DNA of 64,000 bases from Ignavibacteriales bacterium (GTDB lineage Bacteria > Bacteroidota > Ignavibacteria > UBA10030 > UBA6906): positions 1 to 64,000 of the forward strand of contig JBBIRR010000002.1 of NCBI GenBank assembly GCA_037441705.1, in the 5' to 3' direction. A program made the translations under genes and the position numbers. Each line of letters opens with the position of its first letter. The stretch's first letter is position 1. The notes below the pieces were generated by a model. That model did no database searches, was not told the DNA's origin, and was given only the letters and a program-made list of their open reading frames with translations. Shown here in pieces: positions 56,508 to 64,000 of this stretch.

Positions 56508-56952
56508 CACTGTATCACGCCGTCCTCACCTTCTCGGGCCGACACTCCTCGCCTTTATGCTTCTCGGATGCGGCGCGTCGAAGATCGAACCGGTTGAAAT
56601 TTTCCCCGAGGATAATTGTGCCCAATGCCGCATGGCGGTGTCGGAGGTGCAGTTCGCATCGGAGATCATTGACATGCACGGGGAGGTGTACAAGTTCGAC
56701 GACCTTGGATGCATGCTGAAGTTCCGGAACAAGCGCAGCGATCTCAAGATCAACGCGACATTCTTGAAAGACTATGAGACAAAGGAATGGATTCCGTACG
56801 AGCGGGCTGTGATCGTAAAGACAAGCATCGAGACACCCATGGGTTCCGGCAAGGTGGCCTTCGCCGACCAAGCACGAGCAAAAGCTATCCAAAGCCGTCA
56901 CCCGGCTTCCGAGCAACATGCCGATGGGTGTTCGCACGCATGCTGTCAGTAA
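56497..56952 (+). CDS. nosL: Copper chaperone lipoprotein NosL
   Basis: LLGC lipobox, CAQCRM, KFDDLGCM, TPMGSG. Confidence 0.9.
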   Translation: MNANTVSRRPHLLGPTLLAFMLLGCGASKIEPVEIFPEDNCAQCRMAVSEVQFASEIIDMHGEVYKFDDLGCMLKFRNKRSDLKINATFLKDYETKEWIPYERAVIVKTSIETPMGSGKVAFADQARAKAIQSRHPASEQHADGCSHACCQ

Positions 56953-57012
56953 CGTTCGGCGACGCCTCGCTGCAGTATTTACTCGACAATTAAGGTTGGA
57001 AGGAGTTGAACT

Positions 57013-57843
57013 GTGGACTTCAAAGCGATCTTCGACATAGCACGACAGGAGCTGGTCATCAACATCCGCAACAAATGGACGATGATCTTTGCGGTGGTGT
57101 TTGGCGTGTTGGTCGTGAGCATCTCGTACTTTGGCATCATGGCCGAGGGCTTTTCCGGGATGCAAAACTTCACCCGAACCTCGGCGAGCTTGCTGAATCT
57201 GGTGTTGTACATCGTGCCGCTGGTTGCGCTTACCATGGGGACTCTGAGCTTTACCGGCGACAAAGGATCCACGGAACTTCTGTTTTCTCAGCCTCTGTTC
57301 CGCAGTGAGATTCTTCTTGGAAAACTTGTCGGCGTGTTCTTCTCCATTGCGCTTTCGACGCTTATCGGCTTCACGCTGGCGGGAGGTGTGGTGATTGCCG
57401 CCAACGGCGGGGAAGGCCTCTCGCGCTATGTGGCGTTCGTGGTTCTGTCGCTGGCACTCTCGTTCGTCTTTCTGAGCATTGCCGTCCTGTCCTCCACACT
57501 CAGCCGACGGAAGTCCAAAGCCTTCGGCCTTGCGTTGTTTCTCTGGTTCTTTTTTGTCCTTTTCTACGATCTGCTTGCGCTGGGCGGCGTGCTGATGTTG
57601 AAGGGGAAGGCGGCGAACACGTTCCTCTTTCTCTCTCTCTTCGGCAATCCGGTGGATATGGTACGAGTGGCAACGCTGATCATTCTGGACAACGTAACAA
57701 TTTTTGGTGCCGCAGGCGCGGCGATGCTGAGATTCCTCGGCGGTCAGACGGCGAGCCTGCTTCTCTTAGTGGTCGGACTCGCTGTTTGGGGAAGCATCCC
57801 GCTTCTGATCGCCGTGCGGTTGATGCGGCGACAGGATATTTGA
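57013..57843 (+). CDS. nosY: ABC permease NosY
   Basis: IARQEL..IRNKW, SLLNLVLYIVPL, ELLFSQP..RSEILLGK, GNPVD..R. Confidence 0.9.
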   Translation: MDFKAIFDIARQELVINIRNKWTMIFAVVFGVLVVSISYFGIMAEGFSGMQNFTRTSASLLNLVLYIVPLVALTMGTLSFTGDKGSTELLFSQPLFRSEILLGKLVGVFFSIALSTLIGFTLAGGVVIAANGGEGLSRYVAFVVLSLALSFVFLSIAVLSSTLSRRKSKAFGLALFLWFFFVLFYDLLALGGVLMLKGKAANTFLFLSLFGNPVDMVRVATLIILDNVTIFGAAGAAMLRFLGGQTASLLLLVVGLAVWGSIPLLIAVRLMRRQDI

Positions 57844-57859
57844 GACCAAGGCACCATGA

Positions 57860-58991
57860 ATGAAACGCGTTCTCCTCTTTCTTGCAGCATTTGCCGGTGT
57901 GGTGGGTGCATTCTATTGGTTTCTCACGCATGACGATCGGGCTGAACAACGCCGATACGAGCGCCAGGAGACGGAACTTGTTGTCGCCAACCTTGCCCGT
58001 TCTACTCTCACTCTCTTCAAAGCGGGTCGAACGCTCGACGACACGATAAGGCTTGATGCATTCGATGGGCAACGCATCTGGCTGCCGCGCGGCAACTATT
58101 TTCTTCGAAGCGAAGAAAACGGCCGCGTTCAATACTATCCCATTCCGTTAACCGGCTACCGGTGCGGACCGGACAAAGATGGCTCATATCTGGTCACGCT
58201 TCGTCCGGCACCGAAGGAATTCCCGCCGCAACTTTTCAGCACGCTGCCGGAGTTCGTGTTCATTCCCAGCGGAACCTTCTTGATGGGCGATCGGCAGAAC
58301 CCGCGCGAGCCGCATTACGTTTGGGTGACGGGGTATTTCATAGCACCGTTTGAGGTGACCAATGAGGAGTTCCGCGCATTTCTCAGCGCCGAAGATGGCT
58401 ACAACAACGACGCGGTCGCATGCAAGCGCCCTTCTCACACCGTCGGATGCCGACTACAGGCGCTTTGGCGAGCCTGACCTGCCCGTGACATGGGTGACGT
58501 GGTTCGAGGCGAACGCGTTCTGCAAATGGCTGACGCGCCGCTATCCGGGGTGGTTGTTCACGCTGCCGAATGATGCGGAGTGGGAGAAAGCAGCTCGCGG
58601 TCCGGATAATTTCGAATATGCCTTGAGCATGTTTATCAGTGATGCCGAGGAACCGCTATACAACTGGCGGAAGAATCCCGACGCATCGGTTCCGCTTTAT
58701 GGTGTTGTATCGACGAAGAAGGTCTTCCGTCCCAATCGCTACGGGTTGTACCACATGACCGGGAACGTTGTCGAGTGGACGCAATCCACCGACAGGCCGT
58801 TCAACCGAGAGCATCCTTTCGTTGAAGATGAACGCAACCGCGATGATGCCACAGGCAAGCGCACCGCTCGCGGCGGTTCATGGTACAGTGCGGCGACCTC
58901 CTATCTTTACATTCCTTATCGGGATAGCTTCCAGCCCGAACACAGCACGCAGGATATTGGATTTCGGATTGTGGCGAAGGCGTTGCCCTGA
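57860..58991 (+). pseudogene. FGE-sulfatase (SUMF1/PvdO-like) domain protein split by a frameshift near 58405-58420
   Basis: Frame 1: FIPSGTFLMG, FEVTNEEF; frame 2: PVTWVTWFEANAFCKW, LPNDAEWEKAARG, PNRYGLYHMTGNVVEW, RGGSW, IGFR. Confidence 0.8.
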
Positions 58992-59041
58992 TGTGATGCT
59001 TTGCGGTGTGTCGATCGTCGGCAAGCGATCAATAATGAGCG

Positions 59042-59070
59042 TTGATACTCGGCGCCGATTTTCCTATATT
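59042..59070 (+). promoter_or_regulatory. Sigma70 promoter of tRNA-Arg
   Basis: TTGATA-N17-TATATT, 17 nt before the tRNA. Confidence 0.7.
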
Positions 59071-59087
59071 GGTGTGCGATTTTGAAC

Positions 59088-59161
59088 GCGGCCGTAGCTC
59101 AACTGGATAGAGCATCAGCCTACGAAGCTGAGGGTTAGGGGTTCGACTCCCTTCGGCCGCA
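59088..59161 (+). tRNA. tRNA-Arg (anticodon ACG), CCA not encoded
   Basis: Acceptor GCGGCCG/CGGCCGC, D-arm GCTCAACTGGATAGAGC, anticodon arm TCAGC-CTACGAA-GCTGA, GTTCGAC T-loop. Confidence 0.97.
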
Positions 59162-59168
59162 CACACAA

Positions 59169-59210
59169 CACAGCGTCCCGCCTGCTACCAGGAGCAGACG
59201 GGACGCTGTG
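59169..59210. terminator. Hairpin between the convergent tRNA-Arg and OmpA-family genes
   Basis: CACAGCGTCCCGcCTGCT-accagg-AGCAGaCGGGACGCTGTG. Confidence 0.65.
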
Positions 59211-59231
59211 CGTTACTGCACGTCGGCGTCA

Positions 59232-60791
59232 TCACCGCAGAACATGAAACTCGACGCGGCGGTTGTTTGCACGGCCTTCAGGAGTGGCGTTCGTGTCCAC
59301 CGGGTCACTGCTGCCATAGCCGGCCACGACCAGGCGCGAGGGGTCGATGCCGCGCAGCACCAACCAGTCCTTCACCGCCTGGGCTCGCCGCAGCGAGAGC
59401 GCCCTGTTGATTGCCGGGTTGCCGAGGTTGTCTGTGTAGCCTGCGATTTCTACGCGGAGCGACGGATCGGCTGCAAGAGCAGCATATGCGCGCTCCAGCA
59501 CGGCTTCTGCAACGCGAAGAAGTCTGGCGCTTCCCGAGATGAACGTCACGCCATCGAGGGTAACGGGCCTTCCGCCCCCCTGCAACATTTCATGTGAACG
59601 CGGCGTCGTGCCGCGGTCGTCGGCCGGGTTGCGCGGATCGGTCTTGCGCAAAATCTCGGCGCCGTCATTCACACCGCCGCCGTCGGTGTCGGCCTTGAGT
59701 GGGTCGGTCCTGTATGTCCGAATCTCCTCGAAGTCCGTCAATCCGTCGCCATCGGTATCGGGGTTCGCAGGATCGGTACGGTACGAACGAACCTCGTCCC
59801 AATCGGTCAAGCCATCGCCGTCGGTGTCCGCCTTCAGTGGATCAGTGTTGTACTTCAGCACTTCGTCGCCGTCGGTAAGCGTGTCACTATCCGTGTCGAT
59901 GCGCAGCGGGTCGGTTCCGTATTTCAATACCTCGTCGCCGTCGGTGAGACCATCGCCATCGGTGTCGGCTTGCGAGGCATCAGTTCGATGTTTGAATACC
60001 TCATCGCCGTCACTGAGGCCGTCGCCGTCGCTATCGGTGACGGTGGGACTTGTTTTGTAGCGTCGGATTTCTTCGCCGTCCTTCAGCCCATCGGCATCGG
60101 TGTCGGGGTTGTTAGGATCGGAGCCGAGTTGCTCTTCCTGCGCATTGGTCAGTCCGTCGTTATCATCGTCGTCGCTCGCTCCTGAACCGAGGTAGAAGTT
60201 CAGTCCTGCCTTGACGCTTCCGTACCAATCCACCGCCTTGAACGCGTAGTTCTCGGTCTTGTCGTCCAGAGCGCGAGCGCTTGCTTCCATCGTGAACGAG
60301 AGACTGTTGTTGATGTAGGACTCAAACCCGACACCAAGCGGAAGATGGATGGACGTGTAGTACTTGTTCGCCGGGAAGTGCACCACGGTTGTGCTTCGCT
60401 TGTAGGCCATGGCGCCTGCGCCCGCGTAGATGTACGGTGCGACACTCCGACCGGGGGCGAGATGAATCCAGACGACAAAATTGAGATTCGTCGCGCGCAG
60501 CTTCAGATAGTTTTCCGGGAGTTCGGGAAAATACGTCGGGTTCTGGTATGCCTTGAGATCTTCGTATCCCCCCAGCACCCCCAGCGAAAGGAAGGGCGAG
60601 ACGCCGTAACGGATGAACCCCTCGCCTCCTATTCCCACTTTTCTCTGGTTCATATCGTTGACCCAGAGATTCGCTCCGCCTTGTACTCCGATCGACCAGC
60701 GTCCGACGGTGCTCTGCGCAAGACTGCGCGGAAACGGTAGAGCGATCATGAACACGATCAGAGTGAAGAGGAAACTGCGTCTCCGCATCAC
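59232..60791 (-). CDS. OmpA-family protein: N-terminal beta-barrel, Ca-binding TSP3-like repeats, C-terminal OmpA peptidoglycan-binding domain
   Basis: Signal peptide; 8x DTDGDGLxDxxE; [27 protein letters not shown]. Confidence 0.92.
   Translation of the reverse strand: MMRRRSFLFTLIVFMIALPFPRSLAQSTVGRWSIGVQGGANLWVNDMNQRKVGIGGEGFIRYGVSPFLSLGVLGGYEDLKAYQNPTYFPELPENYLKLRATNLNFVVWIHLAPGRSVAPYIYAGAGAMAYKRSTTVVHFPANKYYTSIHLPLGVGFESYINNSLSFTMEASARALDDKTENYAFKAVDWYGSVKAGLNFYLGSGASDDDDNDGLTNAQEEQLGSDPNNPDTDADGLKDGEEIRRYKTSPTVTDSDGDGLSDGDEVFKHRTDASQADTDGDGLTDGDEVLKYGTDPLRIDTDSDTLTDGDEVLKYNTDPLKADTDGDGLTDWDEVRSYRTDPANPDTDGDGLTDFEEIRTYRTDPLKADTDGGGVNDGAEILRKTDPRNPADDRGTTPRSHEMLQGGGRPVTLDGVTFISGSARLLRVAEAVLERAYAALAADPSLRVEIAGYTDNLGNPAINRALSLRRAQAVKDWLVLRGIDPSRLVVAGYGSSDPVDTNATPEGRANNRRVEFHVLR
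59616..60173 (-). repeat. Eight ~69-nt coding repeats ([13 protein letters not shown]..Y.TDP)
   Basis: ~23-aa periodicity visible in the translation. Confidence 0.85.
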
Positions 60792-60876
60792 GGGATTCTC
60801 CTTCGGTAGTGTGTCGTGAGTTGAGTCATAGAGATGAAATGAGTAACAACAGGGGAGGCACGCGCATCATCAAAAC

Positions 60877-60912
60877 TGCTCGCAAGATATTGTATTTGCG
60901 AGCAAATGTCAA
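60877..60912 (-). promoter_or_regulatory. Sigma70 promoter with overlapping inverted-repeat operator
   Basis: Minus strand TTGACA(60912)-N17-TATCTT(60889); TGCTCGCAA-N10-TTGCGAGCA at 60877-60904. Confidence 0.65.
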
Positions 60913-61024
60913 CGGAAGTACGTCACAATCCCGGAGGACGAGAATAATTCTTCTCGTGTGACTTCAGAATACACAAGATTGGCGAAAAAACAGCAGGACA
61001 AAAGCCGAAAACGACACCTGCGCA

Positions 61025-62389
61025 TTAGTAGTTTATTCTTACGACAAAGGACGGAACGAAATACTTCTCATATTGCCACGGGGGGAGATGTGATGAACGG
61101 TAGGACCGAAAATAGCGAAGATCGAGGCCGAGCATGTTGCTTAAGATCAGTTTCGACTTCACACCGAAATACCCATATCCATCGTCGAGGCTGTAATTGA
61201 CGGAAGTCATGATCTCAAACTGAAGCAAGCCGCCGTCGTGGGCTATGCCCAGTTCGACAAATGGGAGGAGATGCGTTTCGGTCGGCGCAACACGGGCCGG
61301 CAACTGTGTAACGGGATTGAAGCGTGCAAAGCGATGCAGGTCGTGCCACGCCAATCCTCCTCCGAGTCGGAACAGGCCAACGTTCTGCAACGAAGCCTTT
61401 GCGATGATGCTGTTGCGAACTGAATAAAAGGTGTCAGGCACGTTGCTGGCATACGCTGTCTTTTCATGAAATCCAAATGAGCCTTCAAACGTGAAGTCAA
61501 TCCGTTCGTCGGGTTGGTCGGTCAAGACATTGAGCCTCTTTTCCGGTGTCCAGGTGGCCTTCAAGAAGAAGCTTTCTCCAGATCCTTGAAGGATACGCTT
61601 CTTGAAGACGGAACTCGGGGAGAAGTCATCTTGGCGAAGGACGGAAAAGTTGTTCACGACTTCGAGCCCGGCGGTAATGCTGAACTTGTGATAGGATTGA
61701 TCAGTAACTGTGACATCATCGATATACAGTAATTCGAGGGCGGCAATGATACTTGACTTGAACCAGAAGGGTAGATTCAAATAATCGTTCCCGAGTCTCC
61801 CAACTGCAGAGATTCGCCACCATTCAAACGTGGGAGACGTTGACCATAGCATGATGCGCGGTTCTATGGGGCTCAGGAAGATATCGTAGCGCTTTCCATG
61901 AGTTGTCTCGAAACGATCTTTATATCTGCGTGACTTCAGCAAATCGTATGCTTCTTGTCCAAGTGCATCAAGAATGAGGACATAATCACGAAGTGTTCCC
62001 AGCGTGCTCACAGTACCGGGCGACTCCAGTGTAAACTCTACCAACTCAATCTCGTCGTCGTAATAACGCTTCCTGCACATGATGTGCAGATCGCCTGCTG
62101 ACGAACTCATGAGAAGGCCCTCGGTGTTGGCAATCAGCACGCGCAGGGAGTCGGCCGCCAGAGCGGTTGACGCCCGACGCTTCAGTTGTGTGAAGACTTC
62201 ACGTACAATCGCCGGGTCGGTAATGAGCCATCGTTCCTTCATGCTGTCGAAGGCGCGTGTATCAACGAGGATGCTGTCGTATAAAGAGCGCAGCTGTTCT
62301 TTTGTCTGTGCCTGCAGGGTCGATGAACTGAAGCACAGATAAACGATCAGCAAAAGCAACACAGGGGCTATCACGACGACGTGTTTCAT
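61025..62389 (-). CDS. Hypothetical exported/outer-membrane protein
   Basis: Signal peptide (LQA|Q), amphipathic beta strands, C-terminal aromatic (VRINY). Confidence 0.72.
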   Translation of the reverse strand: MKHVVVIAPVLLLLIVYLCFSSSTLQAQTKEQLRSLYDSILVDTRAFDSMKERWLITDPAIVREVFTQLKRRASTALAADSLRVLIANTEGLLMSSSAGDLHIMCRKRYYDDEIELVEFTLESPGTVSTLGTLRDYVLILDALGQEAYDLLKSRRYKDRFETTHGKRYDIFLSPIEPRIMLWSTSPTFEWWRISAVGRLGNDYLNLPFWFKSSIIAALELLYIDDVTVTDQSYHKFSITAGLEVVNNFSVLRQDDFSPSSVFKKRILQGSGESFFLKATWTPEKRLNVLTDQPDERIDFTFEGSFGFHEKTAYASNVPDTFYSVRNSIIAKASLQNVGLFRLGGGLAWHDLHRFARFNPVTQLPARVAPTETHLLPFVELGIAHDGGLLQFEIMTSVNYSLDDGYGYFGVKSKLILSNMLGLDLRYFRSYRSSHLPPWQYEKYFVPSFVVRINY

Positions 62390-62391
62390 CC

Positions 62392-63912
62392 TTACAATCC
62401 AAAACGATATCGGAGCTGTAGCATCGAACCCTGTTCAACTTCCCACGGAAGAGGCGAGCGCCCAAAGACCCTTGTGAGCCAGACAAACTCCAGGCGAAGT
62501 TCGTGCGGGTCGTCGCGAAAAATCTTCAGCCAGGGATGGAGCGTCAGTCGGTTGTCGAACAGTCGCACGTTGGCTCCGAACCGGGCGACGCGCGAGTCGT
62601 GCCAGTAGCTCAACGCGATCAAGGGTTTCACTTGCGTCAGCGGCAGAATGCTGCTATACGAACGCGCACGGCCCGAGCTGTCAAGTTCCACCTCAAACAC
62701 ATTGAACGATCCGGCTCCCAAATCCAACTTCATCGTGTTGCGTTTTTCCCGCTCGAGATTCCAGTAGAAGCTGAGGTACGTCTCCCATTGAATGGTAGAA
62801 AAGTAGGCGATGTCGCGGCCTTCTGTCTTGTGCTTGATGAACGGATCGTCAAATGTCGCAGGCCCCCCTGCGTAATAGAGCGTGAGATGTGGAAGGCGTT
62901 CACTAAATGGCCTCCCCGTTCGCAATTCGATCGCTATCCCGGACGTTACATTGAGCATGCCCGGCTGAAGAGATGCAACAGGTGATGCCCGGTTCAATTT
63001 CCATCGCTCAATCCATCGGCGGGTATTTATGGGCGAGCGACCGAGAAGCCGAACATCGAAAAAGAAACTGGTATCGAGGCTTGCCCGTTCTCCTTGAAAG
63101 AATACCAGCAGGCGCCCACCCCATGCAAGGTAGGGTGACTGGTAGGCAAGGAGGCTAAGAACTCTGTCCCCGAACCCGAACTCGAGACCGAAACTCTGCA
63201 CACCGAGCCATTGCGGTTGCGATGCAAAGTCGAGCGAAAGCTTGATGGCAGACCACGTGGCGTCGATGGCGTAGGGTTCATTTCCGTGCGGGTTGCCTGC
63301 GTAGCCTGCGACGAGTCTGAGATGACGAAAGTAATTTCTGTTTCCATCGTCCACAAAAATATCCTCCTCATCCCGCCGTCGTTTCACCGTGCCTCCCAGT
63401 GGCTGGCCCTTCCCCTTCATATGATGGCGGTAGATGTCATCTACCAGTGCTGTGAATTCGGCAGGGAAATCGTTTTTCATTGCCATAAGATCACGGAGAT
63501 CGAAGATGGATCTTATGGAACTCGTGCCACTGCTTAGGCCTTGCGGTGTCCGCTCTCCGGTTCTCACAATCTCCTCAATCTCTAAAGGAACTACCGACAG
63601 CCGCAGATCGGAGAAAGAGAACTGCATCGGAAGATAAATGAAGCGGTATGTGCGTTTGATGTCAGGGCCGGTTTCGAAGAGCGAACTGTTCTCATCCCTA
63701 AAGCGCCGTTCCAGGCTGCGGTGTCGGACTGCCTTGACCGTCAACTCTTCGCCCTGCAGATCCATGAAGTAGAGTCGCGAGTAACCGGAGTCTTTCGCGA
63801 CGGTGCTCAAGATTCTCTTGTATTCCACATCCAGGGAATCCGCGAAACTTTCAGCGAGCGTCAAGCACGCAGCGAAGCAGAGCAGTATGCACCTTCGGGG
63901 AGCCATGTCCAC
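62392..63912 (-). CDS. Hypothetical exported/outer-membrane protein
   Basis: Signal peptide (SFA|D), beta-strand-rich C-half ending QLRYRFGL. Confidence 0.72.
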   Translation of the reverse strand: MDMAPRRCILLCFAACLTLAESFADSLDVEYKRILSTVAKDSGYSRLYFMDLQGEELTVKAVRHRSLERRFRDENSSLFETGPDIKRTYRFIYLPMQFSFSDLRLSVVPLEIEEIVRTGERTPQGLSSGTSSIRSIFDLRDLMAMKNDFPAEFTALVDDIYRHHMKGKGQPLGGTVKRRRDEEDIFVDDGNRNYFRHLRLVAGYAGNPHGNEPYAIDATWSAIKLSLDFASQPQWLGVQSFGLEFGFGDRVLSLLAYQSPYLAWGGRLLVFFQGERASLDTSFFFDVRLLGRSPINTRRWIERWKLNRASPVASLQPGMLNVTSGIAIELRTGRPFSERLPHLTLYYAGGPATFDDPFIKHKTEGRDIAYFSTIQWETYLSFYWNLEREKRNTMKLDLGAGSFNVFEVELDSSGRARSYSSILPLTQVKPLIALSYWHDSRVARFGANVRLFDNRLTLHPWLKIFRDDPHELRLEFVWLTRVFGRSPLPWEVEQGSMLQLRYRFGL

Positions 63913-64000
63913 TCAATCGGATTACTGATGTGCGTAAACTCGCGCTTTGTATGTGCGACGGAATGACGTCCCAAACTGATCCCGAAACCGTATGGTCAGG

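Noticed and set aside
59088-59161. tRNA-Arg as integration site of a nos genomic island
   Set aside because: No integrase and no convincing duplicate of the tRNA 3' end; the nos cluster lies on the 5' side

Overview
Gene-dense window of roughly 55-60% GC (by eye). It most likely comes from an Ignavibacteria/Chlorobi-like member of the Bacteroidota group; this is inferred from a T9SS-type C-terminal sorting domain, sigma70-like TTGACA-N17-TATATT promoters and Shine-Dalgarno use. Contents in order: nadE, rsmI and a GH13 amylase; a CcmF-type heme lyase with a ferredoxin and an Acg nitroreductase; a methionine gamma-lyase / CoA-transferase / 2-oxoacid:ferredoxin oxidoreductase block; a cluster of beta-decarboxylating dehydrogenase, HMG-CoA-lyase-family enzyme, class III CoA-transferase and LeuCD-like isomerase; a TonB receptor locus; a 1088-aa E/R-rich helical protein; a minus-strand operon of two CDP-alcohol phosphotransferases, a cytidylyltransferase and a PLP enzyme; a divergent Opp/Dpp-like ABC system; an Rrf2-headed, ~15.7 kb clade II N2O-reductase cluster; tRNA-Arg(ACG); and outer-membrane proteins. 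The best candidate for an undescribed system is the nos cluster: no nosGH or nosC1C2 is seen, and nosZ is instead preceded by an NAD(P)H flavoprotein, a Rieske protein, cytochrome b and a pentaheme cytochrome c. Other highlights are a possible reverse-citramalate-type pathway, a palindromic element inserted in frame inside a coding sequence, a nested repeat/MITE, and two frameshifted genes the ORF track splits. All product calls come from motif recognition by eye; no database searches were run.
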